Origin: Promethearchaeota archaeon
GTDB lineage: Archaea > Asgardarchaeota > Lokiarchaeia > Sigyniarchaeales > SOKP01
Direction of reading: 5' to 3'
Assembly: GCA_016840085.1 (NCBI GenBank)
Contig: JAEOTA010000054.1
Span: 32,001-96,000, forward strand
DNA length: 64,000 nt
The notes under the pieces were generated by a model that saw only the letters and a list, made by a program, of their open reading frames with translations, was not told the DNA's origin and did no database searches. Below, piece after piece: positions 30,229 to 40,532 of this stretch. Each line of letters begins with the position of its first letter. Position 1 is the first letter of the stretch. The position numbers were made by a program, and so were the translations under genes.

Positions 30229-32166
30229 TTATTTATATATTTTTAATCGCTGTTCGACAGTATTAAGTATTTTTATTAACATTTCTTTATATGAATAACT
30301 TGCAAACCTAGACATTTTAGCTAAATGTCCATCCCAACACCAACCAGGATTTGGATTAACTTCCAATAATTTTGGATTTCCATTAATATCAAGCCTCCAG
30401 TCAAATCTTACATAATCTTTGCATTCTAGTCTTTCAAATAATTTTAAAGAACAAGATTCAATTAACTGAGTTGTTTCTTCTGGAAGTTCAGCAGGTATTG
30501 ATTTAATATTCCAATAAGGAGAATCTGGAAGCCATTTAGCCTCATATCCACAAATTTTCGGTAACTCTGGGGGTAAACTTGAATAATCTTCTTCTATTAT
30601 CGGTAGAATTATATAGTCATCAGGAGGATTTCCAATAAAACCTAATGTTAAGTCTTTTCCAGTGAGGAATTGTTCAATTAAAATTGGTTTATCATATCCA
30701 AATTTTTCTCTAATTTCTGTTATTGCATTTAATAATTCTTCTCCATTATTAACCACACTTCTTTGAGTAATACCAAAACTCGAATCTCCGAAATTGGGTT
30801 TTACAATGGCAGGAAAATATAATGGTAAATCAATAATTTTATCTTCAGGTTTAATATATATAGCTTCTGGTACAGGAATTTCTAACTCTTTAGCAATACC
30901 CCTTACTAATGATTTATCATAACAGAAAGCAAGACATTGTGGACCAGATCCAGAATAAGGAATTTTAAACATTTCCATCAGGGCAGGGATATGTAATTCT
31001 TTTCGAGGATCATTATAATACCCCTCATCGCATAAATTAAAAATATAATCAATTTTTCCCTTTGCTTTTAGTAAATCTTGAATTAAAGTATCGTGGTCAT
31101 TTAAATATGTAAAATTATATCCTTTTATATCTTTTAAAGCTGCTTTTAGTTGATCTATTGTATATAAATCATCATCATCAAAGATTGTTGAAGGTTTAAG
31201 CATATCAGGCTTATTTGGATCTCCAAATAATATTACTACATTTTTATCTGAAAATTTGACTTTTTTCTTAAGATATGTCCATTCTTTTTTTGCTATAGCA
31301 CTTACTAGAAGTCTTCTTTCCATCATTCCCAAATCTTGATCACGTTGAGATTCAGGTTTAATAATGCCATGAAATATTATTTCACTAAAGCCCGCCTTCT
31401 CTAATAACTCTAAAATTTGATTCTTGGAATATAATCTTTCAGCATAAAATTGATCTACGAGTACCCCTTTATTAACATGTGTAATGACTTCACGTGAAAT
31501 TAATCTTTGTTTATCTAATGATAAAGATCTTTCACGACATACGAAGTATTCTTTATCAATCCATTCCCATGAACGTTCCTGAAAATTATCTCTTAAATAT
31601 TCACCATCGGTAATATCAATCAGTATTTTTCCCCATGGTTTAAGAGTACGAAATGTTTCTTTTAATATTTTAAAATCATCATTAATTACCTCAAAATAAC
31701 CGAAACTATTTCCTAAGATCATAATAAAATCAAAAGTATCAGGAGCATATGGTAATTTTCGGGCATCTCCTTCACGAAATTTGCATATAATGCCATTCCT
31801 TTTCGCATTAGTTCTGGCTTTCTGTATTAAGTATCTTGATCGATCCAAACCTTCAATATTTTCAAACCCTCTTCTTGCTAATTCAATTGAATGTCGTCCC
31901 TGACCACAACAAAGGTCTAAAATACGATTTTCTGGTATAAACCCCAAAATTTTTGAAAAGACATCAACCTCAAATGAAGTAATCTTTTTATCCTCAACAA
32001 CATCTCCATCTGTTTTCAAATAATAAGAATTAAAAATCCGTTTCCACCAATCTTTCCTAACATATTCCTCTAAATTAGTTAGTGGTCCAAGACAATGCGA
32101 ATTATTACTTTCCTTCTTATCTAAATTAAAATTTTTTCCTTTATTATTCTCGGTTTGTATATTCAT
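30229..32166 (-). CDS. Fusion of a class I SAM methyltransferase and a D-Ala-D-Ala ligase-like ATP-grasp domain
   Basis: ILDLCCGQGRH (motif I); FNLCDEG, IVKPNFGDSSFGI, RFDWRLD, LEVNPNPG. Confidence 0.88.
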   Translation of the reverse strand: MNIQTENNKGKNFNLDKKESNNSHCLGPLTNLEEYVRKDWWKRIFNSYYLKTDGDVVEDKKITSFEVDVFSKILGFIPENRILDLCCGQGRHSIELARRGFENIEGLDRSRYLIQKARTNAKRNGIICKFREGDARKLPYAPDTFDFIMILGNSFGYFEVINDDFKILKETFRTLKPWGKILIDITDGEYLRDNFQERSWEWIDKEYFVCRERSLSLDKQRLISREVITHVNKGVLVDQFYAERLYSKNQILELLEKAGFSEIIFHGIIKPESQRDQDLGMMERRLLVSAIAKKEWTYLKKKVKFSDKNVVILFGDPNKPDMLKPSTIFDDDDLYTIDQLKAALKDIKGYNFTYLNDHDTLIQDLLKAKGKIDYIFNLCDEGYYNDPRKELHIPALMEMFKIPYSGSGPQCLAFCYDKSLVRGIAKELEIPVPEAIYIKPEDKIIDLPLYFPAIVKPNFGDSSFGITQRSVVNNGEELLNAITEIREKFGYDKPILIEQFLTGKDLTLGFIGNPPDDYIILPIIEEDYSSLPPELPKICGYEAKWLPDSPYWNIKSIPAELPEETTQLIESCSLKLFERLECKDYVRFDWRLDINGNPKLLEVNPNPGWCWDGHLAKMSRFASYSYKEMLIKILNTVEQRLKIYK

Positions 32167-32792
32167 TTTTTTTATTATTTATTTTTTATTATAAAATGTT
32201 ATTGGATTGCTATTTAAACTTGAAATAATATAATTAACATGTAATTTTTCTTGAAATATTCTATCATAAACCCCGTGTAAATTAACAAAGTTTTTTCTAA
32301 GCACAATATTGTATGTATACAATATACCTTAAAATTTTGATGTATTTAATTTCAATATTATATAGATTTGACTTTTTTTTATTTAAATAAACCATTCTAT
32401 TTGAAATCAAATAAAATCAACCTTGTTTATAAATCTTTCTATTAGTATCTATTAAGAGTAAGATAACATATGAAGCCTTTTTCTGATATTATTTTAAATA
32501 TATCCCTTCATTCTATTCAAATTTTTCAATTAATTATTAAAAAAGAATAATATAAATCACGTTGTTATATTAGAGTCTTTTTAGATTTTATATTGGAATA
32601 TATCTAAACAAGAGATATCAATAAGGAATTCGCTGAAATTGTCAAATCTATTAATGAATCAGATATCGTCATGTTAGAATATAAAAACAAAAATATCACT
32701 TATATTCCCTTGGCAGAAATAAGTATAGTCACAGAGCGCTTATAATAATTTTTCTCTTTAAATTAGTTTTTTACAAATTTTATTTCAATGAA

Positions 32793-33380
32793 TTACTTCT
32801 TTCGCCTTTTTAAAAGTTCCCACCTTGTCTTTGTTCTTGGAGGAAAAATGCCTCCTTTCACCGATTGTACATGTTCAATTGAAATAAATGCATTAGGTCT
32901 AATTTCCCTTAAGATTTCTAATATGATAGCTAAATTTTTACGTTTAATTATCATTATTAACAATTTCACATTTCCTTTAATACCTTCAGCAGTCATAGTA
33001 GTTAAGCCATAACCTTGATTTTTTAATATATTAATTAAATCTTCTGGATCATCTTCTAAGACAATATGAAGACTCAATAATCCTAATGAGATTTTGTTTT
33101 CAACAATGAGACCCACATAATTCCCCATAGCAAAGCCTCCTGCATAAGCAACATAATAGATTATATTACTCAAATCGCTAAAAATTTGACCAATAGCTAA
33201 TAACCAAATAAAAATCTCGAAAAAACCAACAATTGGTGCTAATTTACGCCTTCCTTGAGAGATAAAAACAATTCTTAAAGTACCAAGAGTCACATCAACA
33301 ACTCTAGCTGAGAAAATTAAAAATGGTAATATAATTAAAGAAAATATCTGATTATCTGTCCAAATCATTGATAAACTCAT
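32793..33380 (-). CDS. UPF0316 / DUF2179 membrane protein
   Basis: ARVVDVTLGTLR, GFFEIFIW, YAGGFAMGNYVG, LKNQGYGLT. Confidence 0.88.
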   Translation of the reverse strand: MSLSMIWTDNQIFSLIILPFLIFSARVVDVTLGTLRIVFISQGRRKLAPIVGFFEIFIWLLAIGQIFSDLSNIIYYVAYAGGFAMGNYVGLIVENKISLGLLSLHIVLEDDPEDLINILKNQGYGLTTMTAEGIKGNVKLLIMIIKRKNLAIILEILREIRPNAFISIEHVQSVKGGIFPPRTKTRWELLKRRKK

Positions 33381-33538
33381 AAACCCTAGAATTACTTTTA
33401 ATTATTCTATCAATTCTATTATCTAAAAAACTCTACTATATTTTTAGTTAGTTTAAAAAAATTAAATTTATAGAAAATGAATAATTAAATCTAGTCAAAA
33501 AATATATATCTCCTTTTCATGTAATAAATATGCTTAAA

Positions 33539-34750
33539 TTATATAAAAAGGTCTGAAGTAGAGAAATCTCTTATTTTTTTTATCATAATTTTATTTACAG
33601 CTTTCAAGAAATCATCATTAGAAATTATATCAGAATCCCTTCTGATAGTATGCATTCCCGCTTCTGTACAAATACCTTTAATATCTGAACCTGTAGCACC
33701 CTCAGTAAGAGAAACTAAAACTTTAATATTTATATTTTGTTCCAAATTAAGCTTTCTCATATGAATTTTAAATATTGATTCTCTCGCTTCTTCATTAGGT
33801 AAAGGAAATTCTATTATCCTATCAAATCGACCAGGTCTCAATAATGCTGGATCTAATATATCAATTCTATTTGTTGCGGCAATAAATTTAACGTCTCCTC
33901 TCTGATCAAATCCATCTAATTCACTCAATAGTTGCATTAACGTTCTGTTGACTTCTCTATCACCTGAAGTTGCATCTTCCATCCTTACAGCACCTATAGC
34001 ATCTAATTCGTCAATAAATAAGATAGAAGGTGCTTTTTGTCTTGCTAAATTGAAAATTTCTCGTACATATTGAGCACCCTCACCAATGAATTTTTGTACT
34101 AATTCAGAGCCAATCACTTTTATAAATGTTGCGTTTGTTTCATGAGCAACTGCTTTTGCTAATAAAGTTTTACCTGTTCCAGGATATCCATGAAAAAGGA
34201 CACCTTTAGGGGGTTCTATCCCAATTTTTTTAAATAACTCTGGTTTTTTTAATGGTAATTCTACGACTTCTCTAACTTCTTGAATTTGCTCATTTAATCC
34301 TCCAATATGATCATATGAAACATCAATTAGATTATCTATTATCTCCATCCCTCTGATAAATGGATCCAATTCTTTTGGTAAAATTTCCATTACTGTATAA
34401 TTTCTTTGATTCAATGCTACATTTAATCCAGGAATTATTTTCTCCTTTTGTAATTTATGACTTAACTTAACAATATAACAAGCATTAGTAGTGCATTTTA
34501 TTACAACTCGTTCGATTTTATCATCTAAAATGTCAGTTATTTGTCCTGTCAATAATGGAGGTTCACATAAACGATCTATCTCTGATCTCAGATTCTTTAC
34601 TTCATACTCCAACCTTGATAATTCAGATCTTACTATATTTTTTTCTAGTTCAATATCTTTAATTTTTTTCTCAAGATGATTAATATATGAAGTAGTCTTC
34701 TCAGTATTCTCCGGTTGTTTTTTTCTATTATCAATTTCTGGTGAGTTCAT
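33539..34750 (-). CDS. pan: Proteasome-activating nucleotidase (AAA+)
   Basis: N-terminal coiled coil and OB domain, IGGLNEQI, PPKGVL, GTGKT, QKFIGEG, DELDA, ATNR, RPGRFDR. Confidence 0.93.
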   Translation of the reverse strand: MNSPEIDNRKKQPENTEKTTSYINHLEKKIKDIELEKNIVRSELSRLEYEVKNLRSEIDRLCEPPLLTGQITDILDDKIERVVIKCTTNACYIVKLSHKLQKEKIIPGLNVALNQRNYTVMEILPKELDPFIRGMEIIDNLIDVSYDHIGGLNEQIQEVREVVELPLKKPELFKKIGIEPPKGVLFHGYPGTGKTLLAKAVAHETNATFIKVIGSELVQKFIGEGAQYVREIFNLARQKAPSILFIDELDAIGAVRMEDATSGDREVNRTLMQLLSELDGFDQRGDVKFIAATNRIDILDPALLRPGRFDRIIEFPLPNEEARESIFKIHMRKLNLEQNINIKVLVSLTEGATGSDIKGICTEAGMHTIRRDSDIISNDDFLKAVNKIMIKKIRDFSTSDLFI

Positions 34751-35328
34751 CTGTTTTTTAAAACTTTTTAATTATACTCAGAATTTTAATCTATTTTTTT
34801 TAAAAAATGTCTGTGGAAATATCTTTACTTTTTATTATTTTTGCGCTAATATAATATATCCTTCATATAATAGATTTTCTATAGCTTTGGGTTATAAATG
34901 TAAAATTATGTTTAATTTAATTTAAAGTTAATATCTGAAATTAAATATAACCAAACCAATTTATAAATTTTTTTAAACCATATGTTATAAGTAAAAAAAA
35001 TTTAATGGATTTATATCTATTCATTTTAATGATTGAATGCCTTTACATTTATTATTAGAACTTTATTTGTATCAAGAAGATAAATGTTAATTGGATTAAA
35101 TATTCTCTTATCATTTAATATAAATTTTAGAAAATTGTGCGATTTCTCTGATAATAACTTTACGATTCCTTTTAAAATCAAAAAAACAAAGTAGTAATTT
35201 GATTTTAAAAATTTTTATCAAAAATACATAATTTTCTAAGTTCAATTACAAAAAAAATTCTTGCGAAAGAAAAGAAGGTTAAAAATCTATGATTTTTCAG
35301 TTATCCATATCTAAATTTATAAAGAAAT

Positions 35329-37683
35329 TTGGCTAAAAAATTCGTAATAATTTTTTGGAAAGAAAATTTGTTAAAAATAATGAGTACTGAGGAATTTAAA
35401 TTTTCAGATAAGACAATTCTAATTGAAAAGAGAGAGAAATTTGGTTCTTTTTATAAAATTAAGTCTTACAAAACTAAACTAAAACTAATGGAAGATCGAA
35501 AAATTCCTCAAAAAAAAATTGATGTTGTATTTAACCATTTATTTTTTAAAGATAGACTTATCTCAAGTAAAACTAAAAATTCTATTTCTAAGATAATCTA
35601 TTCTCAAAATGATAGAATTATTGTAGCAATAACGCAACATGGAAAAGATATAATAACAAATCGGGATAAATTAATCAAAAATTATGGATGGTTCTTTTTT
35701 GTATCTGAAACAGATAAAGAAGAAGTTACACCTAAAAAAAAGAAATCTAAAAAAAAGGATGAGAAAAAAGAAGAAAAAACAATTAGTATAGAAGAGTTCC
35801 AATATGACGACTTAATCATTCCTTTAAAACAAAAGGAAAACATGCGAGCACTATATATGACCAAAGAATATAGATATTATTTAAAATTAATCAAATCAGA
35901 GAATATATCTCAAACTCCTATAAGAGATGTTCTTAATGATTTTTTTTTAAATAATACATTAATTCCAAAGGAAGAGAAACAAGGAATTAAAAAAATCATC
36001 TATTATAGAAAAGAAAAGGTCATCGTCATTAAATCACTTATTGGTGATGATATGTATGAAAACCTAGAGAATCTAGTGAAAGAATATGGATGGTACTTTT
36101 ATATAACGGGCGTACCTGTTGGAAAAAGTGACCTTTCAATTGCCATCGATAAAATTGAAAAAAGATTTGATATGGATTATTTTTCTAAAGTCTCCCTCAT
36201 AGAAAAATCAAGCAACCCCAAGGATATTAGGGTAACTATATATCCTATTGTTCTAAAGCCAAACCATAATTGTCATATTTTAGGTTTAGGAAATATTAAT
36301 ATCTTGTTGGATTGTGGTCTTTCAGAGAAAGATGAAGAAAATGAACAAGAAGGTGATATAAGATATATAGAAGAATATCTTCAGAATTTAACGCATTTTA
36401 TCTTAGAAGAGGAGAAAAATAGAAAAAATATTTCAGATGAAGAATCGGATGAGTTAATTTTAGATAATTTTCCTGATAATCCTAAAATTGACGCGATTTT
36501 TATATCGCATAGCCATTATGATCATCTCTCAGGACTTAAAGAATTAATTAAAATATTTCCAGATATTCCTATTTTGTGTTCTCGCATAACATTAGATTTA
36601 TACTTACTTAGAGATTCAAATTTTTTAAAACAAGAAAATTATGAGGAAATAGAAGAAGAAGAATATCAAAATATAATTAGAAATGTTATTTATGTTGAAA
36701 ATGGCACTAAGATAGAATTTAAAGAAAATAAATGTTTTCTTTCTTTTTATCACGCAGGACATATGCCTGGTGCATTAATGATGTTAGCTAAAGCAAATGA
36801 TTTTAGATTTCTTTACACAGGAGATTATACTTATTATGATATAACACCATTCGCAGGAACAAGACGTTTTTTAGATCAAGTTCCTCGTCCAATAGATTAT
36901 TTATTAATTGATGGAACTAGTGCACGGGAGGACTTTGGCAATATCTCTGATCAATTTCATAGTTTAATCTTATTTTTAGAACAAAAAGCAGAATATGGAG
37001 ATAATTCTTTGATTGGAGCAGATCCCTCAAGTTTAGCAATAAGTTTTATGTTAATCTTCTGGAGATATTTTAGAAAATTACAGCTGAGACGAGGTTTTAA
37101 AAAACGTCCTAATATATATGTAGATATGATGGTTAGAAAAAATATTCAGGTTATTAATCATCGGTATGAATATATTTATGGTCCGATTTCAAGACTAATT
37201 CGAGATAAAGCAAATCCTTTTAACAGCATAAAATTTAGATGGTTTGATCATACTAATCTAAATTTTCTACGTAAGAAAAATAACATAATAATTTCACATC
37301 CACCTGATCTTTCTTATGGGTTAATAAGAAATATTATTAATGTTGTAGGACGAAATCCACACAATTTTGTTTTTCTAGCCGGATCAATCCATGATCCTCC
37401 CGGATCAGATTTAATCGAAGGTGCTGAAGAGATTGAATTTTCTGAGACATGGAAAATGCCTTTTCGGGCATTGTTACTCAACACTTTTGCACCTCATATT
37501 AAAATTAAGCTCCATGCGGATAAAAATCAACTTAAAGAAATGATAAAAACCTTGGAACCAAAAGAGGTATGTTTTTTCCATCAGTCAGCTAAAAAATTAA
37601 CTGAAGTAGTTGAATATGTAAAAGAATTAGGAGTTGATAAAGTCTCTCTACCCGTAAAAAGAAAGCTTCTAATATTGAATTAA
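35329..37683 (+). CDS. Beta-CASP metallo-beta-lactamase ribonuclease with a duplicated N-terminal domain (divergent aCPSF1/FttA-like); likely start ATG 35380
   Basis: LLDCG, SHSHYDH, HAGHMPGA, YTGD, LHAD motifs; two N-terminal repeats ending K.YGW.F.V/I. Confidence 0.8.
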   Translation: MAKKFVIIFWKENLLKIMSTEEFKFSDKTILIEKREKFGSFYKIKSYKTKLKLMEDRKIPQKKIDVVFNHLFFKDRLISSKTKNSISKIIYSQNDRIIVAITQHGKDIITNRDKLIKNYGWFFFVSETDKEEVTPKKKKSKKKDEKKEEKTISIEEFQYDDLIIPLKQKENMRALYMTKEYRYYLKLIKSENISQTPIRDVLNDFFLNNTLIPKEEKQGIKKIIYYRKEKVIVIKSLIGDDMYENLENLVKEYGWYFYITGVPVGKSDLSIAIDKIEKRFDMDYFSKVSLIEKSSNPKDIRVTIYPIVLKPNHNCHILGLGNINILLDCGLSEKDEENEQEGDIRYIEEYLQNLTHFILEEEKNRKNISDEESDELILDNFPDNPKIDAIFISHSHYDHLSGLKELIKIFPDIPILCSRITLDLYLLRDSNFLKQENYEEIEEEEYQNIIRNVIYVENGTKIEFKENKCFLSFYHAGHMPGALMMLAKANDFRFLYTGDYTYYDITPFAGTRRFLDQVPRPIDYLLIDGTSAREDFGNISDQFHSLILFLEQKAEYGDNSLIGADPSSLAISFMLIFWRYFRKLQLRRGFKKRPNIYVDMMVRKNIQVINHRYEYIYGPISRLIRDKANPFNSIKFRWFDHTNLNFLRKKNNIIISHPPDLSYGLIRNIINVVGRNPHNFVFLAGSIHDPPGSDLIEGAEEIEFSETWKMPFRALLLNTFAPHIKIKLHADKNQLKEMIKTLEPKEVCFFHQSAKKLTEVVEYVKELGVDKVSLPVKRKLLILN

Positions 37684-37710
37684 GAATTTTAAAAAAAAAA
37701 AAATTTTAGT

Positions 37711-38076
37711 TTATTCAGTAAAATCTCCTAGATCTTTTATAGCCATAAAATCACCCAAAAATGCTCTTTTTAGGAGTTCAGAAGCATTTTCCCATAGATT
37801 CTTTAAAACAGTTTGTACATTTATCATATCTTCCTTATTTTTAAATTCAATAGTAATTTTTTGAGATTCTTCATCTACATTTATATCCATTTGAATGTCT
37901 TCTGTTAAACCCCCAATTACTTTAAGCATGTCTTTTACTTCACTCTCTTTACCTAATTCATCCTTTCTTTTTTTTTCTCCTTTAAAATCTAAACTAATTT
38001 TAAGTTTTGTATCATCTATATTGATTGACACTTGTTCTTTTAACATATCTTTTAATCCATCTATTATATTTTCCAT
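37711..38076 (-). CDS. Hypothetical acidic protein
   Basis: 121-aa ORF with strong SD (GGAGGA), cotranscribed with the CocE gene. Confidence 0.65.
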   Translation of the reverse strand: MENIIDGLKDMLKEQVSINIDDTKLKISLDFKGEKKRKDELGKESEVKDMLKVIGGLTEDIQMDINVDEESQKITIEFKNKEDMINVQTVLKNLWENASELLKRAFLGDFMAIKDLGDFTE

Positions 38077-38099
38077 ATTAAATCCTCCTTCTTTAACTA

Positions 38100-39923
38100 T
38101 TATTCTTTTTTTTTAATGGGAATATCAATACGGGACGCGTAAGAGGCATTTCGTGCAATAGTGATAGTAGGTTTTCCATCAGGTGGGTATTTTCTAAAAG
38201 TGTCTTTATCAGCTCCCGCGATGGCAAGTTTAAGTCTATGTCCTTTTCGAATAAGGACAGACGTCGGTCGAAATCCGAAAGTTACTTCTGTGATTTCCCC
38301 CGGTATCATTGGAGAGGCATCCTTCTTTTTAAAAGAATGGTAGGGGATTAATATTTCATATGGGGGTGTATCCGTGGATATTTTACGGTGAATTAGTCTT
38401 AAATTTCCATCTGTAAAATAATGTATGTTTCCATTATCATCTACTTCTTCTAAATAAGCAAATATTGCTCCATCATCGTGAGTTGATCTAAGAAATAATG
38501 TAATCGTCGCATGACCTGTGATCTCTACATCTTCTTCAAAAGGCGGACTCGTATATGTCAATAACTTTTTATCTGCTTTTTCTCTATTTGAGTAATCAAT
38601 TGGTAAACCTAATAATGTCCACCACCTATTTAATCTACCAGATGTGGCGGTAAAGCTTACTTTATAATTATCTTCTCCAGCATCATTTTCAGGTTTCTTT
38701 GTAGTTATGGTATTATTTTCAGATAAATACCACTTCATTCTTGTAAATCCTTCAGGTGGCCAAACATGAGTTTTCTTCCATTTTTCTTCTCCCATTGTGT
38801 AATAATACATTGTTTTTCCTTTAATTCCCTCTCCATATAGAATTGAGTCAAAAAAATCAATCCATGTAGTAATACGCTCTTTTGGAGAAGGAGTGACTTC
38901 GGGTTTATCCGGAATTAAAGGATCAGCAGGATATGAAGCTCCATGATTCCATGCTCCAATTATTGCAATGTGAGGATTTTTCAAATTTATAAACCTATTT
39001 ATGTGAGCATCAATATAAGCTGAATCTAACCAAGCACACCAACTCAATATATGCACATTAGATTTTTCAAGCTGATCTTGGTAAATAAAAGAACTAATCT
39101 CATCTGGTGTTGTCCCATCTGGAAGAGAATCATCTCGAAAATCTTTATCATGAAGTAAATCATAGACATATTCATTTGAAAGATGTTCTTCCTTAGTTTC
39201 CTCTAATTTTTTCTGATCTATATCAATATCAATAGGTTTTACCCCTTTCATCAATAACCATAAGTACGGAATTAGTTCTTTAAAGCCTTTAGAATTGTTT
39301 TGATCAAGATTTCTTCCTACAAAGGACCAAAGTTGTATAAATGCTTGATCAAAACAGCCTCCAGGAAAAGCGACATCAGTATAAGCATCCCATAACCCGT
39401 GACCCGGCATAATAGCTTTGACAGCGGGATGATTATTTACTGCTAACTGTTCCGCAGTTGTTCCAGTATAAGATATTCCATTAGAAACAACATTTCCATC
39501 TGACCAAGGTTGAGAAATAATCCATTCTACAATATCAGCGCCATCTTTAACTTCTTCTTTTGAAAATGGATAAGGTCTTGATCCAAAAGAAGCACCACAT
39601 CCTCTCACGTCTACATACACTATTGCATAACCACGCTTAGTGAATAATGTAGGTGAGGGTGTAAAAATTGATGTTTCTTTAAGTACCCATCGAAAAGGAA
39701 TTCTAAGTTTTGCAGCTCTCCAATATCTTGTTTGATATAATAATGTAGGAAGTTTTTCTTCGGGATCTATTCCTTTAGGAAGACATATTGTTACAGCAAT
39801 TTTCACCGTATCTCTCATAGGAATATGGATATTACTGGTTGTATAATCTTTATAGGTCTTTCTTTGTGGAAAATTCCACTTCAGATGAAATGGATTATTA
39901 CCACTTTCGATATTTTTACTCAT
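38100..39923 (-). CDS. CocE/NonD family serine hydrolase
   Basis: PMRD.VKI, TRYWR, DVRGCGASFG, QPWSDG, GISYTG nucleophile, GAWNH. Confidence 0.92.
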   Translation of the reverse strand: MSKNIESGNNPFHLKWNFPQRKTYKDYTTSNIHIPMRDTVKIAVTICLPKGIDPEEKLPTLLYQTRYWRAAKLRIPFRWVLKETSIFTPSPTLFTKRGYAIVYVDVRGCGASFGSRPYPFSKEEVKDGADIVEWIISQPWSDGNVVSNGISYTGTTAEQLAVNNHPAVKAIMPGHGLWDAYTDVAFPGGCFDQAFIQLWSFVGRNLDQNNSKGFKELIPYLWLLMKGVKPIDIDIDQKKLEETKEEHLSNEYVYDLLHDKDFRDDSLPDGTTPDEISSFIYQDQLEKSNVHILSWCAWLDSAYIDAHINRFINLKNPHIAIIGAWNHGASYPADPLIPDKPEVTPSPKERITTWIDFFDSILYGEGIKGKTMYYYTMGEEKWKKTHVWPPEGFTRMKWYLSENNTITTKKPENDAGEDNYKVSFTATSGRLNRWWTLLGLPIDYSNREKADKKLLTYTSPPFEEDVEITGHATITLFLRSTHDDGAIFAYLEEVDDNGNIHYFTDGNLRLIHRKISTDTPPYEILIPYHSFKKKDASPMIPGEITEVTFGFRPTSVLIRKGHRLKLAIAGADKDTFRKYPPDGKPTITIARNASYASRIDIPIKKKE

Positions 39924-40082
39924 ATTTGTTTCTCTAATCCTAATTTTAATTCATAAAATAATATAATACTATTTTTATCTTCTGTTATTTATTAAGTTAC
40001 TTCTTCTGATAATTAATTGAATTGATTAGGTGTAAACCATAAATCTTTAAGGAAATGATCTCTTATACATCATAGAACTAAA

Positions 40083-40484
40083 TTGTTGATAAGGTGCATA
40101 AAGATTTACTCTGATAAAGTCATGGAACACTTTAAAAATCCCCGAAATATGGGTGAAATGAAGGACGCTGATGCGGTAGGCGAATATGGAAATCCTATAT
40201 GTGGTGATTTAATGCATATATATATTAAGGTGAAAGAGATGAATGGACAAAAAATTATTGGTGACATCTCTTTTCAAACTTTTGGTTGCGCTGCTGCTAT
40301 TGCTACATCTTCTATGATTACAGAGATTGCAAAAGGAAAAACTTTAGATGAAGCTTCAAATATTACCAGAGATGATGTAGCTAATTCTTTAGATGGACTA
40401 CCTCCTATTAAATTGCATTGTTCCAATCTCGCTGCTGATGCATTAAAGGCAGCTATTGACAATTATCGAGAAAAGCAAAAGTAA
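40083..40484 (+). CDS. iscU: Fe-S cluster scaffold IscU/NifU (start may be ATT at 40104)
   Basis: YSDKVMEHFKNPRNMG, GNPICGD, FQTFGC, LPPIKLHCS. Confidence 0.93.
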   Translation: MLIRCIKIYSDKVMEHFKNPRNMGEMKDADAVGEYGNPICGDLMHIYIKVKEMNGQKIIGDISFQTFGCAAAIATSSMITEIAKGKTLDEASNITRDDVANSLDGLPPIKLHCSNLAADALKAAIDNYREKQK

Positions 40485-40532
40485 AATTCTTTTTACCTTT
40501 CAATTAGAAATAAAAGTTTATTCTTTACTATT

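Noticed and set aside
32611-32745. Protein-like frame RDINKEFAEIVKSINESDIVMLEYKNKNITYIPLAEISIVTERL (Sm/SH3-like appearance)
   Set aside because: No start codon for the full domain and a stop immediately upstream; at best a decayed remnant
33539-33560. PAN C-terminus DLFI lacks the Tyr of the HbYX motif
   Set aside because: Phe variants occur in archaeal PANs, so this is not distinctive
34751-35328. Long AT-rich intergenic region as a replication origin or ncRNA
   Set aside because: No ORB-like repeats with G-strings, no adjacent cdc6/orc1 and no GC-rich structured segment
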